From the IMG/VR virus record IMGVR_UViG_3300021093_000004: DNA of 64,000 nt. The stretch is one strand, 5' to 3'. The notes under the pieces were generated by a model. The model made no database searches, was not told the DNA's origin, and saw only the letters and a program-made list of their open reading frames with translations. The translations under genes were made by a program, and so were the position numbers. The stretch is from a virus (lineage: Duplodnaviria; Caudoviricetes). Positions 26,317 to 35,382 of the stretch are shown here, piece after piece. Every line of letters starts with the position of its first letter. Positions within the stretch are counted from its first letter, which is position 1.

Positions 26317-26799
26317 TTAATAATCATAATCTGGTTCATAATCATAATCGCCGCCAGACAGCTTATCATATTCTTTCTCGATAACTGTCGCTTCCAATTT
26401 TTCATGGAAGTAGGCTACGGCTGACTTTTTCCAGATTTCCAATTGTTCTAGAGTCGGTTGGATTTCATTGCCGTCTTCATCGTATCCGACGACATCCATA
26501 TTGGTGATTTTGCCGATTTGCACATCGGGACTTTCGGCGGGTGTTTCATATGTGGCTGGATACCAGCCGCCGCTGATGTGTACCTCATAGGTATAAATAA
26601 CGTGGCCGGTAGTCCCCGATGCGTCTAACGGGACTTCTTCATCTTCGTAAGTCCCTTCGCCGCCGCCAGTGTGAGTTCGTTTGTTACCGTATCTTCCCAT
26701 CTCGTTGACGACAGGAGCACTTTCGATCAAGATGTCTGGATCATAGGTGAGCATACTTGCCACTAGATCCACCACATTTTTTTCAACTGGCTTTGGCAT
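26317..26799 (-). CDS. Acidic hypothetical protein
   Basis: SD TAGGAG; 160 aa ending in DYDYEPDYDY. Confidence 0.7.
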   Translation of the reverse strand: MPKPVEKNVVDLVASMLTYDPDILIESAPVVNEMGRYGNKRTHTGGGEGTYEDEEVPLDASGTTGHVIYTYEVHISGGWYPATYETPAESPDVQIGKITNMDVVGYDEDGNEIQPTLEQLEIWKKSAVAYFHEKLEATVIEKEYDKLSGGDYDYEPDYDY

Positions 26800-26846
26800 A
26801 GCGATCTCCTAGTTTTAATATTTTTGCGTCTAGGTAAACATAGTGT

Positions 26847-28277
26847 ATGAAGCTGAAACTCATTACCGAAGGTATATCGTACTTACCAAATTCTGGAGTC
26901 GATCTTGCTCAAATTGAGCAACGACTCCAGGGTGAGGCAAAGGTCAATCAAATTGATTTGATGCAATTTCTTGAGGCTAATGGTACGTTTGTATTCCAAC
27001 CGCAAGATTCTCCAAATGATATTATCAAGATTGAACCATTTCAAAAATCTGTTAATCTCAATATAGCTCCTACCGACCCTGAAGCCCTAGAATCATTTCA
27101 AGGGGCACGGATATACTATGCATATCGTGTGGCTGATCCCGCAGACATCGACCTCGATTTCTACAAAGCAAAACAAGAACCGCCGATTTTACGAGCCCTT
27201 AGTGCTATTTCTCCACCACGAGGAAAATTCAGAAGATTGAATAATCTTGATTCTCTGTCAGCAAAACACCAAGAATTATTGAGAGACCTAAATAGTAAAT
27301 CGGTTCAATATCACAACGATGCCCACCGTGCACAAGTACACGGTGAATTGCAGGGTGACATTGATGTCATAAAACAAGTCGAAGGACTGCTGAAGACAAA
27401 TGGAGTGGAATCAGTCGATGGCCTGAGAAAAATACTTGCTAAATCAACTCGCCGATATAATACAGGCAAGAAAAAACTGTTACCGGCTCTTAAAAATGCT
27501 CTTGGGCATATTATTAAACATCCACGCAATGCACATGAAGCTCAACTGCGTACTACTATATTGGATCAGATTATTAACAAAGTCAATGTAATCGGACAGT
27601 GGGGCGATGGGCACGATGTTTTCCCGGACATTATTGCATACCCAACTTCGACTGTTCGTGCTGGTGAGACTCAAAGTTTCAATCAGGAATTCGCGAATCG
27701 CATCTCTGAAGCATATGGTGGTGTTCCGGTAATTGAAATTGCCAAACGGCCCAGAGAAGACACCACCGATTACTTCGAATCGACTATTGATCGTGCTGCG
27801 CTTCAGCGATTTGCAAATACTATACATAACAAATACTTAACGACGCCGCCAGGTCCGGCGTTAGCGAAAAAAAGGCAAATTACCAGGAAGACACAATTAA
27901 AATATTTGGGGGCAGTTCGATACAACGAAACGATACTCCCAACTGATCCTAGATGGCCTAAGTTGTGGGCTGACAAAGAATTTGCGAAGCTTCAGAAGGG
28001 GCTAGAACGTACGCCGGTTGGTCTACAGCCAACTTATAAATCACTTGCCGGACCATCCGGCAGCATGGGATCTAAACGGCGATACGTACAATTATTTGGG
28101 AAAAGTGCCGGAGTATCCCAATATAATTCGGATGATCAGCTACGAGGGAAAAATGTCTTAATTGTAGATGATAATATTCAGTATGGCGGAACCATGGAAA
28201 CGCTCCACAAATTAGTGAATGAAGCGTCTCCACAGAGTATAACCGTCTTTGTTCCGTTTTATTTCGGAAAGTTCTAG
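26847..28277 (+). CDS. Protein with C-terminal type I phosphoribosyltransferase (PRTase) motif and MKLKLITE tag
   Basis: LRGKNVLIVDDNIQYGGTM (PRPP-binding loop); D.IAYPTST earlier in the domain; TAAACATAG motif 4 nt upstream of the ATG. Confidence 0.72.
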   Translation: MKLKLITEGISYLPNSGVDLAQIEQRLQGEAKVNQIDLMQFLEANGTFVFQPQDSPNDIIKIEPFQKSVNLNIAPTDPEALESFQGARIYYAYRVADPADIDLDFYKAKQEPPILRALSAISPPRGKFRRLNNLDSLSAKHQELLRDLNSKSVQYHNDAHRAQVHGELQGDIDVIKQVEGLLKTNGVESVDGLRKILAKSTRRYNTGKKKLLPALKNALGHIIKHPRNAHEAQLRTTILDQIINKVNVIGQWGDGHDVFPDIIAYPTSTVRAGETQSFNQEFANRISEAYGGVPVIEIAKRPREDTTDYFESTIDRAALQRFANTIHNKYLTTPPGPALAKKRQITRKTQLKYLGAVRYNETILPTDPRWPKLWADKEFAKLQKGLERTPVGLQPTYKSLAGPSGSMGSKRRYVQLFGKSAGVSQYNSDDQLRGKNVLIVDDNIQYGGTMETLHKLVNEASPQSITVFVPFYFGKF

Positions 28278-28360
28278 GCAGGTTATTCATCGGCAAACCA
28301 TAATACCATATTGGTAAGCCATGATTGTAATTCATCGAGGCTGTTCGGATTTAGATCGAC

Positions 28361-28441
28361 CGTATGTGCGCACATACGAGATTCCTACCGTGAATTCTGA
28401 ACCGCCGAGATTCCTACCGTGAATTCTGAACCGCCGAGATT
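28361..28441. repeat. 18-bp perfect palindrome abutting a 29-bp tandem repeat
   Basis: CGTATGTGCGCACATACG (28361-28378), then GAGATTCCTACCGTGAATTCTGAACCGCC twice (28378, 28407) plus a partial copy. Confidence 0.92.
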
Positions 28442-28465
28442 ACTGATGACTGTGAATAGCGATCA

Positions 28466-29026
28466 TCATAGAGTCCGATTTTTGCCAGCAGCCCTGTGAT
28501 TATAGCCTTCTCTGTGTTGGTTCGTGGCATGTCGGGGAATCGGTGGCTGTACATGTTGGTTCAATAGGGTAAAGACTTGAAGTAGGAATGCCTGTACGAA
28601 ATCTCCAATACCAGGGCTAGTCTTGTCAGAATTTCCTGCTATGTTCAGGATTTTGATATCGTTCTCGATGATCCAGTTCGACACATCTTCAGGCGTCGTG
28701 GTTTCACGTCTAACGTCAATCGACAGGCTCGGTTTGCCATATTGCCGAATCATTTTCGCGGTGAGTTGTTCTCCCGGTGACACGAAATTCGACGCGAACC
28801 GTATAGTCCCATCTGATTCTTTCACATTTAGAGCGGTGCGTGGTGGGTATTCAGGGCTTTCGTGTTCTTTGATGCCGTATTGGTAAGCGAACTCTGGATG
28901 AGACCCGTCGTGTGCCTTGAAGCCTTTCGGCATCCATCCACCGGTCTTTAACCCGGCTGTAATAGCCGCGTCCAATCCCGCTCGGTCGGCTCCGGTCTGC
29001 CCTCCAGAAATCACTTTGGTTAACAT
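28466..29026 (-). CDS. Putative molybdenum-carrier / SLOG (DprA-like) family protein
   Basis: KVISGGQTGADRAGLDAA, GGWMPKGF, Y..RT.LNV.ESDGT, LNIAGN. Confidence 0.85.
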   Translation of the reverse strand: MLTKVISGGQTGADRAGLDAAITAGLKTGGWMPKGFKAHDGSHPEFAYQYGIKEHESPEYPPRTALNVKESDGTIRFASNFVSPGEQLTAKMIRQYGKPSLSIDVRRETTTPEDVSNWIIENDIKILNIAGNSDKTSPGIGDFVQAFLLQVFTLLNQHVQPPIPRHATNQHREGYNHRAAGKNRTL

Positions 29027-29137
29027 GTGGGACCTCCGTTAGTGTTGTTGCATTGTTTACCTTTATTGTTAAATACAGTCTATTTCTGAATGAAGATGTG
29101 GTAGTCAGAATCTGCCGTCTCCCACTAAGGAACAAGC

Positions 29138-29608
29138 ATGTACGATGATAATGGAATGGACGACGACGCTCCGACCAATGATTCAGAATCGACAGAGGAG
29201 TCAGAATCGACAGAGAAGTCAGAATCGACAGAGAAGTCAGAACCGGCAGAGCCGAAAGAAAAGCACTGCGATTACATGGTGGGTTCCGGGTTCGATGCGT
29301 ACCCAAAGATTTATCGCATCGCGTTTCGAGTATATGGTGTCGATTCCGCAGGCGTCAAGCATGTTGTAGTTGAGGTTGATCGGGCTTACATGGTTGGCGT
29401 TGATGTTGAGGATATTGTCGCTCAACTCAAATCAGATCACCTCAACACCGAATTCAATGATCATGATGGTGAAGGGATGTACCATATTATTGGGCAACAA
29501 GTCGTCGTACATTCTGTGCGATACATGGGGATCTTAAACCATATGACGAGCAAGGCCAAGAAGATGTTCGAGATCCCAGACGACGAATTGGACGATCTAG
29601 AATCCTAA
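29138..29608 (+). CDS. Acidic hypothetical protein with ESTEKS repeats
   Basis: 156-aa ORF; 18-bp repeat TCAGAATCGACAGAGRAG at 29183-29251. Confidence 0.65.
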   Translation: MYDDNGMDDDAPTNDSESTEESESTEKSESTEKSEPAEPKEKHCDYMVGSGFDAYPKIYRIAFRVYGVDSAGVKHVVVEVDRAYMVGVDVEDIVAQLKSDHLNTEFNDHDGEGMYHIIGQQVVVHSVRYMGILNHMTSKAKKMFEIPDDELDDLES

Positions 29609-29810
29609 GCCGATTTCGTAGGTTGGTTTAGATATATAGGTTTTGAGGCGGCGAATACCGCAGCAATGCGTTTGTAATAGATCGACAATGTGTGCTACAT
29701 TGTCAACAACTCGGACATGTCTGGGTGAAAGGTCTCAAATTATCGACCGAATGATGTGATAGTCAAGGGTTTGGGGCACGTAAAGCGTGCTGCAAACCAT
29801 ATATAGACCC

Positions 29811-30524
29811 ATGAAAATCGCGGTCTGTACATTATTTCGAAATTGTGTAAATGATGTGCTCCATGCCTTTCGCCAACGCGGGGCTTGGAAGCAACAATTG
29901 GGCAATAAATATGACATAGTTCATGTGTGTCTCGAAGGCGACAGTACCGACGCGACCTACGAAACTTTAGAGCAATATCAAAAAAATTTCAATATTGTTT
30001 TAATCAAAAAAGACACTGGCAAACCCCATTATCCTAGCCATGCTATCACAGATCGCTTAATAACACTTGGGCAATTATCGAATATCGCCTTAGAACGAGC
30101 GATGGAAGAAAATCCATCATATATTTTATGGCTTGATTCTGATGTTACTCTACCAAAAGATTATATTCCACGATTACTTGCTCATAATAAAGATGTCGTC
30201 GCTCCGATGTTCTTCTTTGAAAAGAGCTGTTATTTTCGCGACACATGGGGATACCGAGTAGGCGAAACATTATTCACAAATCGATATCCATATTGCAAGA
30301 CGTATCGCAATAATGAATTATTTGAAGTCGATAGTGTCGGACTGCCGTTGATCAACGCGAATGTGATTAAGGCCGGAGCACGATTTGGTAATGAAGAAAT
30401 CGTAGACCTGTGCCGCTCAATAAGAGGACTTGGATTCAAGATTTTCGTTGATCCGTTGGTGGAAGCAACCCACCCACGACATGGTACAATTGTTCCGACA
30501 AACCACGAGAGACATGAGAGATAA
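29811..30524 (+). CDS. Glycosyltransferase, GT-A fold (GT2/Anp1-like)
   Basis: IAVCTLFRN, EGDSTDAT, YILWLDSDV (DxD), LLAHNKDVVAP, EVDSVG. Confidence 0.8.
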   Translation: MKIAVCTLFRNCVNDVLHAFRQRGAWKQQLGNKYDIVHVCLEGDSTDATYETLEQYQKNFNIVLIKKDTGKPHYPSHAITDRLITLGQLSNIALERAMEENPSYILWLDSDVTLPKDYIPRLLAHNKDVVAPMFFFEKSCYFRDTWGYRVGETLFTNRYPYCKTYRNNELFEVDSVGLPLINANVIKAGARFGNEEIVDLCRSIRGLGFKIFVDPLVEATHPRHGTIVPTNHERHER

Positions 30525-30526
30525 TC

Positions 30527-30916
30527 ATGGTCGAGAATCTAATGCACGACGGAGTCTTTTTTGGATACATCTATACTGGAAACGTGCCGGACCAGACCAC
30601 ATTTATCACACCAAATGAATGTCAGCAACAATCTGGATATATCGTCTATCCGAAGGGTTCGGAGATACAAAAACACTATCACAACCCAGTAGAACGCCAC
30701 TTACACACGACTACCGAGGTACTGTTAGTTCTCAAAGGTTCGTGCTTCGTTGATTTTTATCAAGATCAAGAATTTGTATTCAGCCGTCAGTTGCATGCTG
30801 GAAATGTACTTATCATAGTAAATGGCGGCCATGGATTCCGCGTAACTGATGATTTGGTCCTGTTCGAGGTCAAACAAGGACCATATACCGGGCTTCAAGA
30901 GAAGGTTCGATTTTAA
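30527..30916 (+). CDS. Cupin-fold protein (WbuC-like sugar-pathway cupin)
   Basis: HYHNP...TTEVLLVLKG, GGHGF, LFEVKQGPY. Confidence 0.8.
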   Translation: MVENLMHDGVFFGYIYTGNVPDQTTFITPNECQQQSGYIVYPKGSEIQKHYHNPVERHLHTTTEVLLVLKGSCFVDFYQDQEFVFSRQLHAGNVLIIVNGGHGFRVTDDLVLFEVKQGPYTGLQEKVRF

Positions 30917-32019
30917 TGATTCCAGTTAATACACCAGTGATTGGGCATCCTGAGAAAGAATATGTCGCTCAATGCATGGAAAGCGGCTGGATATCATCGG
31001 TGGGCCGCTTCGTTCCAGAATTTGAAAAATCATGGGCCAATTATTGTGGGTGTGAACATGGTATTGCCGTAACCAATGGTACCCATGCTTTAGAACTTGC
31101 TATAGCCGCCCTTCAATTGCCCAAAGGCAGTGAAATAATCATTCCGAGCCTCACCATCATTTCGTGTGCACTTGCCGCAATTAGAAATGGACTGAAACCG
31201 GTTCTCGTAGATGCTCATCCATATACGTGGTGCATAGACACCGACGCCATCGAAGCCGCGATTACGCCCAACACATCAGCTATTATGGTTGTGCATATTT
31301 ATGGCTACCCTGTCGATATGGACAGTATTCTCACGTTGGCCGCAAAGCACAATCTAAAAATCATCGAAGATGCCGCCGAAGCCCATGGTGCGGAATGCTT
31401 GGTGCGGCAAGAAAAAACGTGGAAACGTTGCGGGAGCATAGGGCATGTCGGATGTTTTAGTTTTTATGGCAATAAAATAATAACCACTGGCGAAGGTGGT
31501 ATGGTGATCACCAATGACAAGACATTGGCTGATCGCATGCGGTCAATTCGAAATCTGTGTTTTGGCGAAGGTGAGAATCGATTTACGCATGTAGGAATTG
31601 GTAATAATTTCAGAATGACGAATATTCAAGCCGCGATAGGGCTTGGGCAAGTATCTCGTATTTCTGACATATTGCGACAGAAACAATTCGTCGGCACATT
31701 TTACCGCCAACAACTTAAGGATCTTGGGGTATACCAATTGCCCCCAGAGTCGCCAGACGCGATCAATGTCTATTGGATGTTTGGGCTGATTAGCTGTGAT
31801 CCACAGCGTCCGGCGTCGTACTTCATCAAGCAATTACGAGATCGCGGGGTTGAATCTCGCCCATTTTTCACCGGATTACATCGTCAACCGATAGGCGTTG
31901 GTGGTGAGTTTCCAGTCTGCGATAAATTGTCGAAGCAAGGCTTTTATATCCCATCCGGTGTTGGATTAACGATTTCTGAACTTGTTTCCGTGTGCTCAGC
32001 GTTGAGGGAACTCGCATGA
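30916..32019 (+). CDS. DegT/DnrJ/EryC1/StrS PLP-dependent sugar aminotransferase (perosamine synthase-like)
   Basis: AVTNGTHALELA, IIEDAAEAHG, FSFYGNKIITTGEGGM, GNNFRMTNIQAAIG. Confidence 0.93.
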   Translation: MIPVNTPVIGHPEKEYVAQCMESGWISSVGRFVPEFEKSWANYCGCEHGIAVTNGTHALELAIAALQLPKGSEIIIPSLTIISCALAAIRNGLKPVLVDAHPYTWCIDTDAIEAAITPNTSAIMVVHIYGYPVDMDSILTLAAKHNLKIIEDAAEAHGAECLVRQEKTWKRCGSIGHVGCFSFYGNKIITTGEGGMVITNDKTLADRMRSIRNLCFGEGENRFTHVGIGNNFRMTNIQAAIGLGQVSRISDILRQKQFVGTFYRQQLKDLGVYQLPPESPDAINVYWMFGLISCDPQRPASYFIKQLRDRGVESRPFFTGLHRQPIGVGGEFPVCDKLSKQGFYIPSGVGLTISELVSVCSALRELA

Positions 32020-32759
32020 TTTTCGGTCGCAACTATGCTGATTTGTATGACTTGCTTTACACGGATAAACCGTATGAACAGGAAGTAGAAACTATAGATG
32101 CACTTATTTCTAAATATTTGGCAGACCCAGCCGCTGTTGAAATTTTAGATGCTGGTTGTGGTACTGGTAATCATAGTGTATTTCTGTCGAACAACAGCAG
32201 ATATTCGGTGGTCGGATTGGATAGATCCGCAGGAATGCTTGATAACGCTAAGAAGAAAATTCCGGGCATGCGGTTCGTAGAAGGAGATATCGCAGACTTT
32301 GATTTACACGAGACCTTCGATGTAATGTTGACGATGGCGGCGGTCTTGGGGTATCAAAACAGCAACGAAGGAATAATGAATGCGTTCCGATGTGCTCGGA
32401 AGCATGTAAGACCCGGTGGATTGTATCTGTTCGACGTTTGGTATGGCCCGACTGTCTTGCAGACCGGAGTCGGAGAACGCATTAAACGAATTGAGGGTGA
32501 TGGCGTAAAATTTTTGCGGCTATCAAAAGGCACATTACATCAGAATGAGAATGTGTGCCATGTTCGATACCAGATTTGGGACAATCATGGCAATGAATTT
32601 GTGGAAGACCATTATATGCGATTCTTCTTCCCAATGGAGATTACTCACATGTTGAAGTTAAGTGGTTTCCATGTTCTGAAGATTGGGCAATGTCCGAATA
32701 TATTTGAAGAACCCGATTTTGATTCTTGGCATATGATGATCGCTGCACGAGCGGCTTGA
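32016..32759 (+). CDS. Class I SAM-dependent methyltransferase (sugar-pathway type)
   Basis: YDLLYTDKPYEQEV, ILDAGCGTGNH, GLDRSAGML, RKHVRPGGLYLFDVWYGP. Confidence 0.88.
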   Translation: MIFGRNYADLYDLLYTDKPYEQEVETIDALISKYLADPAAVEILDAGCGTGNHSVFLSNNSRYSVVGLDRSAGMLDNAKKKIPGMRFVEGDIADFDLHETFDVMLTMAAVLGYQNSNEGIMNAFRCARKHVRPGGLYLFDVWYGPTVLQTGVGERIKRIEGDGVKFLRLSKGTLHQNENVCHVRYQIWDNHGNEFVEDHYMRFFFPMEITHMLKLSGFHVLKIGQCPNIFEEPDFDSWHMMIAARAA

Positions 32760-32771
32760 CAAATATATCGT

Positions 32772-33314
32772 ATGCGAACTTTATACGACGACACATTTGC
32801 TAATCTCAACATTGTGACCGAACAGGAACTAGCTCAGTTCACTGTGACGGGGCAAAATGTTGCATTGATTGTCATGGTCAATGTTGACAACATATCCACG
32901 TCTGGCGGGGAATATGCGGCGAAGCTGCGAATTGACAATCGTTTGGTCGTTCCGGATCGAAAAGTATTAGTCGAGGCCGGACAGTCTGCGGTATCGTTCC
33001 AAAGCCGCGATATTGTACTTTATGAAAATGGGGTTCTTAAGATCAGTCTTCAGGGAATGCCCAGCGATACCAATGTCAATGGTCGATTGCTAGTAATTGA
33101 TACTAGCCCGGTTACAGTTCAAGAGGATGTCGAAGAAGCGATTAGCAAGCTCAATGTGACGGTGAAGCCAGAAACGAAAGTTTTGGGTGTATGCAAGCGT
33201 TCTGTGGTTGCGATGCCTAAGATCAAACGCAGCGCGGCAGCACAGGCAAAGTTAAGTGCCGGGGGCGGGTCAATTGGCAGCACAATGTCTAAAGAGCCAC
33301 GTGGTGCATTTTGA
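32772..33314 (+). CDS. Hypothetical, probably virion beta-sandwich protein
   Basis: Beta-rich sequence, preceded by an AAATATAT motif. Confidence 0.55.
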   Translation: MRTLYDDTFANLNIVTEQELAQFTVTGQNVALIVMVNVDNISTSGGEYAAKLRIDNRLVVPDRKVLVEAGQSAVSFQSRDIVLYENGVLKISLQGMPSDTNVNGRLLVIDTSPVTVQEDVEEAISKLNVTVKPETKVLGVCKRSVVAMPKIKRSAAAQAKLSAGGGSIGSTMSKEPRGAF

Positions 33315-33469
33315 GATGCCTGGGATTCACTGGCCAATCGTGGATGGCATGTTTGCTCTCTCCATTGCGATCATAATTAACGCGATGACAGAATTCTACG
33401 CAGTGATTGCTTGGGCATGTGGACTGATCATCAACAGCGTGCACAAATCGTGCAGTCGGGATATTAAAT

Positions 33470-35002
33470 ATGGCAATCACAGCATTTCCCTTTAGCGCGG
33501 TCCTCGACGTGTCGGCAAACACGCTGCTTGGGAACAATACGGGCAGTGCTGCAGCAGCTATCGCACTGACGGCAACGCAGGTGCGGACGCTGCTGAGTGT
33601 CTACACGTCGGCACAGGTGGATACATTGCTAGCGGCATATCAACCGCTTGACAGCGATCTGACGGCAATCGCAGCCCTGACGACTACCGCATTTGGCCGA
33701 TCACTACTGACGCTAGCAGACGGGCCGGCGACTCGAACAGCAATTGGTGCAGGCACATCGTCGTTTAGCGGAGCTTACGGGGATTTGAGCGGGGTTCCTG
33801 CGACGTTCACGCCGTCGAGCCACACGCACGGCAACATCACAAATGCAGGAGCAATTGGCGCAACAGCAAGCCTGCCAATCATTACCGGGGCGTCTGGTGT
33901 TTTAACGGCGGGGGCATTCGGCACAACGTCCGGCACATTCTGTCAGGGCAACGACAGCAGGCTATCGGATTCACGCACGCCGACAGCACACAAAACAAAT
34001 CACGAAACAGGCGGCAGCGATGCACTGACCGCAGCCGACATCGGAGCAGCAGCCACAAGTCACACGCACGCAGCATCAGACATTACCAGCGGCACGATTG
34101 CTACGCCGAGACTCGCTAGTGGCACGGCTGACGCGACGACGTTTTTGCGTGGTGATCAGACGTGGGCAGTGCCAAGTGGTGGCGGCGGCGGTATTACAAG
34201 CTTGAATTCGCTGACGACCGCGACGCAAACATTTGCGGTCGGCACGACGGGTACCAATGTTGCGTTTTCGTCGGCGTCTGGAGTTCACACCCTGAACATT
34301 CCCGACGCATCGGCATCCGCAAGAGGAGTCATTACTACAGGCACGCAGACTCTTGCAGGCCGAAAAACACTGAGCGAGGTGCATGTTGTTGGTTCGAGCA
34401 ATCTCACGCAAATCGACATCACACCGGCAAGCGGGCAATCGGTCAATCAGCAAATTTGGCGCACAAGTGCCGGTGTGTCTGTCGGTGTCATTGATTCGGC
34501 GGGTCGTCCTGTATTTGGGAGCGGCAGTTGGACACTGAACAGTGCGTTCCATGCTGTCGCGTGGTCTGGTGCTACAATTGGTTGGGCATCAGCTGCGGTG
34601 ACCGGAACATCAACACATGACACTGGGCTGGTGCGTGATGGCGGTGCAGGGCTGGTCGGTCTGCGAGCGTCTACAACAGCACATACCTTGCGTGTCTATA
34701 ATACCTACACCAGTGCTACCAGCCATGAGCGGCTGAACATTGCGTGGGCATCCAACATCTGCACCATTGAGACTGACAAAGGCTCTGCAGGCGGCACGCT
34801 GCGAGGTCTACGCATCGGCGGGTCTGCGTCAGCATTGGTCGGTATGTATGGTGCGACACCGATTGAGCAACCGACGACAGCGGTGGACTCGGCCAGCCAT
34901 GAGCTATTTGCTGGCAACGCGCTCAGCGATGCTGACACTTTCGACGGCTACACAATCGCGCAAGTGGTCAAAGCCCTGCGCAACATTGGAGTTCTTGCAT
35001 AA
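33470..35002 (+). CDS. Tail fibre-like protein
   Basis: Ala/Gly/Thr/Ser-rich, with fibre motifs YQPLDSDLTAIAAL, SGAYGDLSGVPATFTPSSHTH, HKTNHETGGSDAL and GTADATTFLRGDQTW. Confidence 0.75.
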   Translation: MAITAFPFSAVLDVSANTLLGNNTGSAAAAIALTATQVRTLLSVYTSAQVDTLLAAYQPLDSDLTAIAALTTTAFGRSLLTLADGPATRTAIGAGTSSFSGAYGDLSGVPATFTPSSHTHGNITNAGAIGATASLPIITGASGVLTAGAFGTTSGTFCQGNDSRLSDSRTPTAHKTNHETGGSDALTAADIGAAATSHTHAASDITSGTIATPRLASGTADATTFLRGDQTWAVPSGGGGGITSLNSLTTATQTFAVGTTGTNVAFSSASGVHTLNIPDASASARGVITTGTQTLAGRKTLSEVHVVGSSNLTQIDITPASGQSVNQQIWRTSAGVSVGVIDSAGRPVFGSGSWTLNSAFHAVAWSGATIGWASAAVTGTSTHDTGLVRDGGAGLVGLRASTTAHTLRVYNTYTSATSHERLNIAWASNICTIETDKGSAGGTLRGLRIGGSASALVGMYGATPIEQPTTAVDSASHELFAGNALSDADTFDGYTIAQVVKALRNIGVLA

Positions 35003-35379
35003 TGCCATTACCAGTACCAGCAATACCAAAAAACAGAGCGGCAGAGTATGCCGAAAACATCATTATCCGAGCCAATCAGGCTGAGGAAAATGTTATTAAC
35101 GAATTCATTGCCGCGTATCAGCACACTTGGGGCGTGAATCAACTCGGTGGCGGCAGCATTCATACTTGCCAGCAAATGCAAGACATCATCGATGCAATGC
35201 CACCGACTACAGTGTTACTGTTGCTCGGTATGGGTCGGCAATTTGTATCAACATACGGCACAGTTTTGCCCGTCGAATATCAAAAAGCAGCTTGGTCGTA
35301 TGAAATGGGTCAAGACGACAGAATCGTGATCGGTGAACTACTGCCATTATGGCAATCGGCATCAACAGAGGCGACGTAA
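35002..35379 (+). CDS. Hypothetical protein coupled to the fibre gene
   Basis: TAATG overlap with the preceding gene. Confidence 0.6.
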   Translation: MPLPVPAIPKNRAAEYAENIIIRANQAEENVINEFIAAYQHTWGVNQLGGGSIHTCQQMQDIIDAMPPTTVLLLLGMGRQFVSTYGTVLPVEYQKAAWSYEMGQDDRIVIGELLPLWQSASTEAT

Positions 35380-35382
35380 TCA

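Noticed and set aside
28378-28441. CRISPR mini-array
   Set aside because: The 29-bp units are directly adjacent with no spacers, and no cas genes are present. The PD-(D/E)XK gene is a stand-alone nuclease.
29684-29704. GACAATGT/ACATTGTC hairpin as operator
   Set aside because: It has only 8 bp and a single occurrence, which is compatible with chance.
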